Below are positions 1-8,647 of a DNA stretch of 64,000 bases, one piece after another (the first letter of the stretch is position 1; every line of letters starts with the position of its first letter). The notes below the pieces were generated by a model. That model did not search any database and had not been told where the DNA came from. It saw only the letters and a program-made list of their open reading frames with translations. Both the position numbers and the translations under genes were made by a program. Origin of the DNA: a virus. Taxonomy: Duplodnaviria; Caudoviricetes. Location: positions 32,001 through 96,000 of IMG/VR virus record IMGVR_UViG_3300046739_000039, one strand, 5' to 3'.

Positions 1-147
1 GCTGACATCCACGCTGCTGTCTCCCACGCTGAGGTTGTAGCTGGAGGGCTGCAATCTGACGTTAAGAAAGCAGCTTCCGGAGCTGTTAAGGTTGTAGAAG
101 AGGCTGTAGAAGCTGAGACTTCAACTAGAACATCTCGTCGCAAGTAA
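1..147 (+). CDS. 3' end of a hypothetical protein (partial)
   Basis: Frame 1 is open from the window edge (ADIHAAVSHAEVVAGG...TSRRK) to TAA at 145-147. Confidence 0.6.
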   Translation, partial: ADIHAAVSHAEVVAGGLQSDVKKAASGAVKVVEEAVEAETSTRTSRRK

Positions 148-175
148 TTAACCCTATCTACATTGGACGTGAATT

Positions 176-559
176 ATGGCCGTACGCTCAACCAGCGGAA
201 CACTTACTGGTGGTGCCGCTCTTAACACCACGCTCACCTCTTGGGAGAAGTTCGTAGTAGTTACCGTAACTAACGGTGCTACCGCAGGACGACTATCTGT
301 TACTACAGATGGAACTACTCCTACTCTAGGTGGAGCGGATACAACTACCGTCAGCGTTGGAGCTAACGCAACTGTTGCTCTAGTAGTGAAGAATCGTCTT
401 CCTGCTCCAGAGTTGACAACTTCAACACCTCTTGCTACCGACCCGTCTGCCGTACCTGTATTCGGTACTGCGCAAAGCAAGGTAGGTCTGATCTCTGACC
501 AGCCTCTTGCTTACAACATCTCTGTTGTTGAAGACGGCGGAACTAGCGTAATTTACTAA
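176..559 (+). CDS. Putative virion structural protein (Thr-rich, beta-rich); paralog of 772..1074
   Basis: 127-aa ORF upstream of the portal; shares SGTLT, TDG..P and LISD motifs with 772..1074. Confidence 0.6.
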   Translation: MAVRSTSGTLTGGAALNTTLTSWEKFVVVTVTNGATAGRLSVTTDGTTPTLGGADTTTVSVGANATVALVVKNRLPAPELTTSTPLATDPSAVPVFGTAQSKVGLISDQPLAYNISVVEDGGTSVIY

Positions 560-569
560 GGAATCCAGC

Positions 570-764
570 GTGACAGTCTTCTATGACAGACGTAGCGCTG
601 TGTATAACGAACTGTCCGGAGATACCGTTGAATTTATCACTGGTATCTCCGGACAGAATGATTCAAGTACTTATGGATACAGTGGTGGTAAATTACCCCC
701 ACTTAGCGCTACTATGCCCAAGTATCCTCTAGACCAGACTACCTCCGTAGTTGACATGAGATAG
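570..764 (+). CDS. Hypothetical protein
   Basis: 64-aa ORF, GTG start after AAGGA, tightly packed in the operon. Confidence 0.55.
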   Translation: MTVFYDRRSAVYNELSGDTVEFITGISGQNDSSTYGYSGGKLPPLSATMPKYPLDQTTSVVDMR

Positions 765-771
765 GAAAGCT

Positions 772-1074
772 ATGGCAGCAACTAGAGCAAAGTCAGGAAC
801 GTTAACTATTAACACAGTTGCGCCTGTTAACTTTCCACAATACTTTGCTAATATTACAATTATTCACCGAGGCACTACAGGAACTATCTGGCTCCGTACA
901 GATGGTGTAGCTCCTGTAGCCTTAGCGGATGACAACTTCCCGGTACTACCAGGGCAAGCTGCATCATTCCCTAATGGAATTCTTACACAAGAACCTATCA
1001 CCAGATCTATTAGTGGAACTAGTGTCCAACTAATCTCTGACACAGCAGTTCCATACACCGTGTACTGTTCTTAG
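772..1074 (+). CDS. Putative virion structural protein; paralog of 176..559
   Basis: 100-aa ORF with RBS AGGA; motif similarity to 176..559. Confidence 0.6.
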   Translation: MAATRAKSGTLTINTVAPVNFPQYFANITIIHRGTTGTIWLRTDGVAPVALADDNFPVLPGQAASFPNGILTQEPITRSISGTSVQLISDTAVPYTVYCS

Positions 1075-1150
1075 TCGGGTAACATTTAGAATTAAGTTTC
1101 GTGATACCCTATACGCATAGAGACACTAATTCGAAGAATCAGGTAAATAC

Positions 1151-2860
1151 ATGTCAATGACGTTTTACTCTCCTTCTATGAGAGCCGCAGCATCAGACCT
1201 AGCGATTGCGATTTCGCCACTAGGTCTAGTAGAGCTTTCCGACGAAGAGTTTGAAATGCATGGTCCGCGTCTTAATAGATATGCGGAATACTGGGCATGG
1301 TACCTAGGACATCACTGGGGAACTCGTCGTGAGTTTGGTGATCCACAACTTACCTTCAATTACGTACAGGCATTTGCCGACTATATTAATAACTTTTGTT
1401 TCTCCAGAGGCATCTCTTTTGACACCGTTAAGGAATACGACCACATTGTTCCAGCCTTGCTAAAGCGCATTTGGCAGATGGATAACAACATGAAGGCCGT
1501 TACCTGGGAAATGGGTCAGCAGGGAGGCGTCTCTGGAGACTCTTTCGTTAAGGTGGCTTACGAGTCTCCATGGGTTGATGACGCAGGAAACAATCACGCA
1601 GGACGTGTACGTATCCTTCCCCTTAACTCTGCATATTGCTTCCCTACCTGGCACCCACACGATAGAGACAGACTCCTAGAGTTTAAGCTTAAGTACCGTT
1701 TCTGGGGCACAAACACAGAGGGTACGAGAAGCGTATATACTTACACCGAATTAATCCGCTCCGACGTCATTCGTGAATATGTTAATGACGAGTTGATTGA
1801 TGAGCGTCCAAATGCTCTAGGTGTTATTCCTATTGTTCACATTGCTAATCACCCTGCCTCTGGTTCTCCTTGGGGAATGTCTGATGTGCAGAACCTGATT
1901 ACTCTTAACCGTCAGTACAATGAAACTGCTACAGACATTGCTGACATCGTGAACTACCATGCCGCGCCCATTACTGTTGTTATCGGTGCGAAGCCCTCTC
2001 AGCTTGAGAAGGGAACTAATCGTGTGTGGTCCATTGGAAACAAGGACGTAACTATCAGCAACCTTGAGAACGGCGTAGAACTAGAGGGTCCTCTAGATGC
2101 GCTGAACATGCTTAAGGTCGCTATGCACGAGATGACAGGTGTGCCTGAGTCCGCTCTAGGACAGTCACAGCCTATCTCAAATACTTCTGGTGTAGCTCTA
2201 GCCATTCAGTTTTATCCTCTTATGCAAAAGTTCGAGCTAAAGAAGATACAATATGGTAAGGGACTACAAAAGATTAATGAGTTAGCATTAAAGACACTCT
2301 TTATCTTTGAACCAGAAGCTACCCTTTATAATCCTGAAACAGAAGGAATTATCAAGGAGGGTCAGCCACTGGCAATTGACCCAAGAGATCCATTGGTTTA
2401 CTTTAGTGATATAGACTGGCCTTCACCACTTCCGGTTGACCGCCTAGTTAAGTTGAATGAAATCGGCGCAATGATGAATATGGATCTCGAATCTCGTAGA
2501 GGTGCCCTTAAGGATCTTGGGGAGCAGTTCCCAGATGAGAAGCTACAAGAAATCTTTGATGAGCTTCACGAGGATGCCGTACGTGATGGTGCTCTACGCA
2601 TGTTGAGAACTCAGATCGATTCTGTAATTCAGGAATTGACTGGAATGGTTCCACAACCTGATGGCACATCAGAGCCTGTGCCACCTCAGCAGAACGCTGA
2701 AGGAAACCCTGTACCGCCTTCTGGCGGCCCTGGAACTATCAATAAGATAGATCTTCAGGAACTTGATGGGGTCGGCTCTATGGACGCTCTACGCGAGACT
2801 GTTGTCAGAGCATATGGTACAAAGCTAGGTTCACGACAGCTACCTACTGACGACAACTAA
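1151..2860 (+). CDS. Portal protein (SPP1-like)
   Basis: 569 aa; NALGVIPIVHIANHP...WGMSD and SNTSGVAL motifs; located before scaffold and capsid. Confidence 0.9.
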   Translation: MSMTFYSPSMRAAASDLAIAISPLGLVELSDEEFEMHGPRLNRYAEYWAWYLGHHWGTRREFGDPQLTFNYVQAFADYINNFCFSRGISFDTVKEYDHIVPALLKRIWQMDNNMKAVTWEMGQQGGVSGDSFVKVAYESPWVDDAGNNHAGRVRILPLNSAYCFPTWHPHDRDRLLEFKLKYRFWGTNTEGTRSVYTYTELIRSDVIREYVNDELIDERPNALGVIPIVHIANHPASGSPWGMSDVQNLITLNRQYNETATDIADIVNYHAAPITVVIGAKPSQLEKGTNRVWSIGNKDVTISNLENGVELEGPLDALNMLKVAMHEMTGVPESALGQSQPISNTSGVALAIQFYPLMQKFELKKIQYGKGLQKINELALKTLFIFEPEATLYNPETEGIIKEGQPLAIDPRDPLVYFSDIDWPSPLPVDRLVKLNEIGAMMNMDLESRRGALKDLGEQFPDEKLQEIFDELHEDAVRDGALRMLRTQIDSVIQELTGMVPQPDGTSEPVPPQQNAEGNPVPPSGGPGTINKIDLQELDGVGSMDALRETVVRAYGTKLGSRQLPTDDN

Positions 2861-2934
2861 TTCGTATACACGTAAGTAAATTCATTCGGGACATATTCGG
2901 AAAACATCCAGTTAAATTCTAGGAGATAAAAGAC

Positions 2935-3753
2935 ATGACAGTTCCAGCACAACCAGGTTTGGCGGCAACAATTGAGTCTCCAAATCCACAGGACAATGGT
3001 GCCCAAAGTCCAGCACCTTCCCCAGCAGCCTTTACACATGGCGCCTCCGGTGAGAGAACATTCTCAGAGGCAGACATTGCAGCGGCACGCAAGCAGGAGA
3101 AGGATAAGCTGTATGGAGAGATCACTTCTTTGAAGGATCAGTTCCAGGCAGCACAGAAGACTCTTCAAGAGATTCAGGACCAGAAGGCAGCGGAACTTGC
3201 AGAGGTTCAGCGTAAGCAAGCCGAAAAGGAATCAGCAGCTCAGGCTAAGCGTGAAGAAGAGATGTCTGCAAAGGCACTTCTTGAGTCTAAGCTGAAGGAG
3301 ACAAATGATACTTGGGAGTCCCGCTTTAATCAGCTCCAGACGGAGCGTGAGCAAGAGCGTGCACTACTTGCCAAGGAAAGAGAATATAATGAACTTGTAG
3401 AGTACAGAAACTCTCAGCTAACAGCTAATGCTGATGACATTGCTCCTCAGTTCCACAACTTCATTGCTGGGGACTCTCGTGAGCAAATTGACAACGCTAT
3501 AGCACAGGCAAAGGCTGCTACTCAATCCATCTTTGATGAAGTAGCGGCTGCACGTCAGCAGCAGACTGCACAGATGCGTGGAGTAGCACCTACAGGATAT
3601 ACGGCTCTTGGTCCTCTTGAAGGTTCAATGAGTCAGAAGACATACACACCAGCGGACATCAATAATATGTCTATGGCTGAGTACGCTAAGTTCCGTCAAG
3701 AATCGGGACTAGCCGGAAATGACGCAGCACGAAATCGCGGAATTCTCGGATAA
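2935..3753 (+). CDS. Capsid scaffolding protein
   Basis: Long coiled coil (E/Q/K/A-rich) between portal and major capsid. Confidence 0.8.
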   Translation: MTVPAQPGLAATIESPNPQDNGAQSPAPSPAAFTHGASGERTFSEADIAAARKQEKDKLYGEITSLKDQFQAAQKTLQEIQDQKAAELAEVQRKQAEKESAAQAKREEEMSAKALLESKLKETNDTWESRFNQLQTEREQERALLAKEREYNELVEYRNSQLTANADDIAPQFHNFIAGDSREQIDNAIAQAKAATQSIFDEVAAARQQQTAQMRGVAPTGYTALGPLEGSMSQKTYTPADINNMSMAEYAKFRQESGLAGNDAARNRGILG

Positions 3754-3811
3754 TTAAAACACCCTGGGTACGGCTAGTGCCCGAACCCATATAAGCGATA
3801 AGGAACTAAAT

Positions 3812-4849
3812 ATGGCTGGTTCAGCAATTACGGGCACACCGAATATCTCCGGTGCTCCAACAGCTTACCCTGGTGGAAGCTCAGCTCTTTCTCCTGCTAT
3901 CCAAACTATTTGGAGTAAGGAAATTCTATTCCAGGCAATGCCGATTCTGAGATTCGAGCAATTTGCCGTTAAGAAGACAGAGCTAGGCGTTACTCCAGGT
4001 CTTACCATTAACTTTATGCGTTACAACAACCTAGGCAATGCTTCTCAGCTTGTTGAAGGTATCCGTATGCAGACAGCTCCACTTACAGCTAGCCAGTTCA
4101 GCATTACCGTTGCTGAGCAGGGATTCGCTGTAGCCGTTTCTGAGCTTCTACTTAACGCTTCTTTCGATGATGTTATGGCATCCGCAAGCCGTTTGCTTGG
4201 TCGTAACATGGCAACATACCTAGACGTAAGCGCACGTAACACTTTGCTCCAGGCTTCTTCTCAGCTATTCGGTTACCAGAAGGACACTGGCGCAATCAAC
4301 AACCAGGTTTACTACAACGTAGGAACTCCTGGAACCTCTAACGCTTCCCTAACAGGTGACTTCAACCTGACTTCACAGACTGTATACGATGCAGTCGAAA
4401 CACTGGCAACAAAGAATGTACCACGTCTAGGTGAGACATATGTCTGTTTTGTCCACCCTCACCAGAGCCGTTGGCTACGTAATGATCCTCAGTTTATCGA
4501 GATGACTAAGTATGCGGCCCCAGGTAACTTTATGCTGGGAGAAATCGGACGTTTGAACGATGTCGTATTTATCGAGACAACTCAGGTACGTAACGTTGTA
4601 GGTGGAGCTGGAGCCGGTTGGACCACCGACACCACCACTGGTGGAGTAACAACTGGTAATGGTGCTGCTAACCGTTACGATTCCATCTTCATTGGAGACA
4701 ATGCATTCGGTCACGCTATCTCTCTTCCTGTAGAACTTCGCGATGGCGGTATCTTGGACTTCGGGCGTGAGCACGCCCTAGCCTGGTATGCTATTTGGGG
4801 ACTTGGACTGATTACTGACATTTCTGTAGTTATCGCCTCTACCAACTAA
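3812..4849 (+). CDS. Major capsid protein (N4-gp56-like HK97 fold)
   Basis: 345 aa; YVCFVHP, GEIGRL..V.FIET and DFGR motifs; strong codon bias; followed by a terminator. Confidence 0.92.
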   Translation: MAGSAITGTPNISGAPTAYPGGSSALSPAIQTIWSKEILFQAMPILRFEQFAVKKTELGVTPGLTINFMRYNNLGNASQLVEGIRMQTAPLTASQFSITVAEQGFAVAVSELLLNASFDDVMASASRLLGRNMATYLDVSARNTLLQASSQLFGYQKDTGAINNQVYYNVGTPGTSNASLTGDFNLTSQTVYDAVETLATKNVPRLGETYVCFVHPHQSRWLRNDPQFIEMTKYAAPGNFMLGEIGRLNDVVFIETTQVRNVVGGAGAGWTTDTTTGGVTTGNGAANRYDSIFIGDNAFGHAISLPVELRDGGILDFGREHALAWYAIWGLGLITDISVVIASTN

Positions 4850-4877
4850 TACGAGCTGTATGTCCGTTTTGGACAGG

Positions 4878-4914
4878 ACCCCTCCTCAGTCCCCAAACTG
4901 GGGAGGGGTTTTCT
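4878..4914 (+). terminator. Rho-independent terminator after major capsid gene
   Basis: ACCCCTCCTCAGT / ACTGGGGAGGGGT stem followed by a T-rich tail. Confidence 0.85.
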
Positions 4915-4959
4915 TATATAATTTAACTAATACACGAGACACTAAATCTGGAGAATAGA

Positions 4960-5334
4960 ATGCCACCACGTAAGCGTGCCGGAGATCTTACCGGTATTGA
5001 GACTGAGCGTCTTCAAAAGGAAAACCAGGCAGCCCTTAAGGAGCGCGCCAAGGAAATTGCCATGATGGCAGAAGTTGAGAATGAGTTCAACGATATTCCT
5101 GTTGACTATTCCAACGGTCCGATTACTTCCGTTGTAAGTGACCTTGATGTAAGTGATGAGATTGCTCTAGAAGAGCCAACCAAGACTATTATTCCTATCA
5201 CTACACTTGAGCAGGTTACCTTTGGTGCCGGGAAGCACTACAACTTTGAAGAGGGACGCAAGTACGTTGTTCCTGTAGAATTGGCACGACACCTATCAAG
5301 CAAGGGCCTCCTTTGGGAGGGCGGATACCGTTAA
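4960..5334 (+). CDS. Hypothetical protein of the head module
   Basis: 124 aa, RBS GGAG, directly after the capsid gene. Confidence 0.7.
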   Translation: MPPRKRAGDLTGIETERLQKENQAALKERAKEIAMMAEVENEFNDIPVDYSNGPITSVVSDLDVSDEIALEEPTKTIIPITTLEQVTFGAGKHYNFEEGRKYVVPVELARHLSSKGLLWEGGYR

Positions 5335-5347
5335 GGGGAAATAGAAT

Positions 5348-5800
5348 ATGTCAGGTAATCTAACTGATACAACCGATCGTGCAATTCTCAACTGGATAAC
5401 CGGCACGTCACTAGGTGGTTGGACCCCACCATCAACAGCATATATTGCTTTGCTTACTGTGGACCCTGCAACTACCGCAGCTATTCCTACAGATCCTCAG
5501 CTATCAGAGCTGACTGAACTAGCAGCTACAGGTTACGCTCGACAGATCGCTACATTTACTGTGGCTACTTCTCCTACACAGGGAACCAGTCAGATCCAAA
5601 ACAGTAACTTGATTACATTTGGTCCGTTTACTTCTGCCTCAGGTTCAGGAACTCCTACGACCTATGGCGCTCTAGTCAATGTGGTATCCGGTACTTCCGG
5701 AGAAGTCATTGGTGTATGGGAGTGGGATACTCCTATTACAGCTCCGCAGAATCAGTCCATTACTATCCCGATTGCAAATCTCACCTTCACACAACAGTAG
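5348..5800 (+). CDS. Putative virion structural protein (head/neck-associated beta-sandwich)
   Basis: 150 aa; YIALLT.DP, GYARQ and N...ITF motifs typical of small actinophage structural proteins. Confidence 0.6.
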   Translation: MSGNLTDTTDRAILNWITGTSLGGWTPPSTAYIALLTVDPATTAAIPTDPQLSELTELAATGYARQIATFTVATSPTQGTSQIQNSNLITFGPFTSASGSGTPTTYGALVNVVSGTSGEVIGVWEWDTPITAPQNQSITIPIANLTFTQQ

Positions 5801-5806
5801 GTCTCC

Positions 5807-6631
5807 ATGCCATTTACTACTCAGGACATGATTAACAGAGTCCGTATAGAGTTGGGAGATACAGGAGCACCTTTTTCTGATACGTTTCTGGGGACTGGAA
5901 TGGTCTCTACTTACGATCTCACAGACTTCAACATCTGGAATGAGACCGTAACTTGGATTAGAAACCAGTCCCCAGTAGTATTGGTAAAGGGAACAGATTA
6001 TGCGATGAACTACCAGGAAGGAAGAATCTTCCTGACAGGAGCACCAGCTCCTCTACCGCAAGGAGATACCCTAGTAATTTCTGGGTATGCCGGTGGAATG
6101 TTCTCTGATGATGAGTTAACTACCTTCATTAACGATGCTGTGCTACAGCACGCGAATGGGAGAACAGTAAAGACTAGATTCAAGGACTCCAACGGTTTCA
6201 TCAAGTATGTAACTGTGCCCCTGGATCTAGCCAACCTCCCAGACATAGAAGGCACCTTAGTGGCCCTCAGAGCCACCATAGACGCCCTCTGGGCACTCGC
6301 TACAGATGCGAGTACCGACATTGATATTTCGAGCGCAGACGGGACTACAGTCCCACGTAGTCAGAGATACCAACAGCTACGCGAACAGATAGATGGCATG
6401 ACTGCCAGATACAATCAGCTTTGCGCTATGCTTAATGTCGGACTTAACGCTATTGAAATGTCTAAGATCAGAAGAGTATCCAAGACTACTAATCGTCTGG
6501 TACCGATCTTTGAAGACAGAGAGTACGACGACTACGATGTTCCACGTCGTCAACTACCACCTATCGATAACAGAGATGAGGATAAGAGCAATCTACAATC
6601 CCCAATCTTTGGTGGTATGTGGGGACTATAA
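5807..6631 (+). CDS. Head-to-tail adaptor
   Basis: RVRIELGD N-terminus and FSDDEL..F helix pattern, with an inserted beta domain (GTDY..NY.EG.I); position after the capsid genes. Confidence 0.7.
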   Translation: MPFTTQDMINRVRIELGDTGAPFSDTFLGTGMVSTYDLTDFNIWNETVTWIRNQSPVVLVKGTDYAMNYQEGRIFLTGAPAPLPQGDTLVISGYAGGMFSDDELTTFINDAVLQHANGRTVKTRFKDSNGFIKYVTVPLDLANLPDIEGTLVALRATIDALWALATDASTDIDISSADGTTVPRSQRYQQLREQIDGMTARYNQLCAMLNVGLNAIEMSKIRRVSKTTNRLVPIFEDREYDDYDVPRRQLPPIDNRDEDKSNLQSPIFGGMWGL

Positions 6632-6657
6632 ACTAATGAAGACCCTTATAGACAAGG

Positions 6658-7407
6658 ATGTATTCGATGGGAAGAATAGGGTGGAAAGGTGGCCGATTCT
6701 CCGTTGATTTCGAAACATCCGAAATCTATAGGGGTCTTCGTGATTGGCAGAGATTAACCGGTGATCAGGTTTACTGGTATCGCTTTGCTTATGACCAGTC
6801 ATCAATAGATCCGGTATACGGAGAAGCCGCAGGACCATTGGGTCGTGTGTACTTTGGTCCTAATACCATTCCGGCATTGCACGTAATCCACATTGAAGGA
6901 GAGAACGACAACACTGAGAATGGTTTCTACTATAATGACCGTGCGCATATTACGCTATCATTTGATCAGCTAAAGCGAACTGGTATGGACAGAATGGATC
7001 TCAATACACAGAACTATCTCAAGGATAGATTCGTGTATGACACCAAGGTCTTCCGCGTTACTAGCGTACAGATCCTTGGACAGATTCAGCAGAAGGACAT
7101 CATCGTTTCCATTGATGCTACACAGGTTAAGCCTGATGAGCTGGTTAATGATGTTCAGTTCGCGCAGTATGCAACACCTAACGACGTTCAGTTCTCGCAG
7201 AGACTGAGTTTGAACGATGCCGTATACGACACCTACAGCAGTGGTCGTGGAGTATTCTCCCTGGACTACAAGGTAGATAACGGTACAAGCAATCTAACTA
7301 AGATGATTAATCAGGTAACACCTACTCTACGAACACCGGCTTACGTGGTTCCTGCCACAACTGGTTACGGAGAAGGTCTATACGGAGACGGCCCTTACGG
7401 AGGATAA
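6658..7407 (+). CDS. Putative head-to-tail stopper/neck protein
   Basis: DPVYGE and LKDRFVY..KVFRV motifs; position; C-terminal GYGEGLYGDGPYGG tag. Confidence 0.6.
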   Translation: MYSMGRIGWKGGRFSVDFETSEIYRGLRDWQRLTGDQVYWYRFAYDQSSIDPVYGEAAGPLGRVYFGPNTIPALHVIHIEGENDNTENGFYYNDRAHITLSFDQLKRTGMDRMDLNTQNYLKDRFVYDTKVFRVTSVQILGQIQQKDIIVSIDATQVKPDELVNDVQFAQYATPNDVQFSQRLSLNDAVYDTYSSGRGVFSLDYKVDNGTSNLTKMINQVTPTLRTPAYVVPATTGYGEGLYGDGPYGG

Positions 7408-7410
7408 ACC

Positions 7411-7611
7411 ATGGCCATTGTTATTCCAGCTAAAGGGCAACCAGATTGGGATGTCACATTAAATACCGCATTGGTGGAACTAGAGTCTGAAATAAGTAGC
7501 ATAAAAGCTGGTACATCAGTAACGGGATCACGTGGAGGCAATGCAGCACTAGCTAGTCTTATCACTGCACTGGCATCTCTAGGTCTGATTACTGATAATA
7601 CAACGGCTTAA
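7411..7611 (+). CDS. Short fibre-like virion protein with shared N-terminal anchor
   Basis: P.KG..DWDV.LN motif; C-terminal VTGSRGGNAALASLITALASLGLI.D fibre-tip motif; RBS GGAGG. Confidence 0.7.
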   Translation: MAIVIPAKGQPDWDVTLNTALVELESEISSIKAGTSVTGSRGGNAALASLITALASLGLITDNTTA

Positions 7612-7626
7612 TAACGGAGAATTAAT

Positions 7627-8637
7627 ATGACTTATACGCCAATTCCGAAAGGCACAGAGAACTGGGATGTGCCTCTTAATGCTGCACTCTCACAATTAGA
7701 CTCTAATATCACAGCGTCATCTGGAACAGCTCTTCAAAGAGCAAACAATCTATCTGACTTGACTAACCCTGCACAGGCCAGAAGTAACCTAGGTCTTACT
7801 GGTCTAGCCAATGCGCTGTCTAACATGACTGCTACAACTAACCCTGCGGTGACTAGCGACAGTACACAGGGTTACTCCATTGGTTCTACGTGGTTCAACA
7901 CCACAACTAATGCTATGTTTGTAGCATCATCTGTAGCAGTCGGCGCTGCTGTGTGGCTTCAGATTCCTCCTACCTTTGTGGACCGTACAACGACACAAAC
8001 CGTAGCAGGAGTAAAGACCTTTACTTCCACGCTTCAGACATCCCAGGGAACAGCGACTAACAGTGCTATTACCGCTGCGGTTACTGGAGATACCCAGGCA
8101 CGCTTTAACGTCCGTATGGATGGACAACTGGAATGGGGTCCTGGTGGATCTACCGCTAGAGACATCAACTTATACCGTGGCAACTCAACTACGTTAGTAA
8201 CAGACGATGAGTTCCAGGCGGCGAACTTTACCCCTGCCGGTTGGATTCCTTACACACCTACTTGGACAACATCTGGTACTGCTCCTTCTATTGGTAACGG
8301 AACTCTTACAGGTCGTTACGCCATTAGCGGTAATACTGTTAACGTGGTTATTAATCTCATTGCCGGTTCGACTACGACCTTTGGTACAAACGGGCAGTCA
8401 TTCTCTCTACCAATTCAAGCGGCTAACCAGACAGTGTCTTACGTCGGACATGCACACTTGCTTGACACAACTCGTTGGGGAGGTCAATGTATCGCTTCGC
8501 CTAATGCTAGTAACACCGCACCATTCTTTCCTGCATCAGCAACTGATACCAGATTGACCGGTTTGACAAATGCGGTTCCACAGACGCTGACTACAGCAGC
8601 CCAGATTCGCTTGTCTCTCGCATATGAGATTGCATAA
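7627..8637 (+). CDS. Fibre/receptor-binding protein
   Basis: Shared anchor plus NNLSDL...ARSNLG; TQTVAGVKTF fibre repeat; C-terminal W.PYTPTW...GNGTL.GRY head domain. Confidence 0.75.
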   Translation: MTYTPIPKGTENWDVPLNAALSQLDSNITASSGTALQRANNLSDLTNPAQARSNLGLTGLANALSNMTATTNPAVTSDSTQGYSIGSTWFNTTTNAMFVASSVAVGAAVWLQIPPTFVDRTTTQTVAGVKTFTSTLQTSQGTATNSAITAAVTGDTQARFNVRMDGQLEWGPGGSTARDINLYRGNSTTLVTDDEFQAANFTPAGWIPYTPTWTTSGTAPSIGNGTLTGRYAISGNTVNVVINLIAGSTTTFGTNGQSFSLPIQAANQTVSYVGHAHLLDTTRWGGQCIASPNASNTAPFFPASATDTRLTGLTNAVPQTLTTAAQIRLSLAYEIA

Positions 8638-8647
8638 GGAGCACTAA

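Noticed and set aside
7405-7413. Stop-codon readthrough fusing 6658..7407 with the in-frame 7411..7611
   Set aside because: The stop is TAA and the downstream ATG has a strong GGAGG RBS, so independent translation is the simpler explanation.
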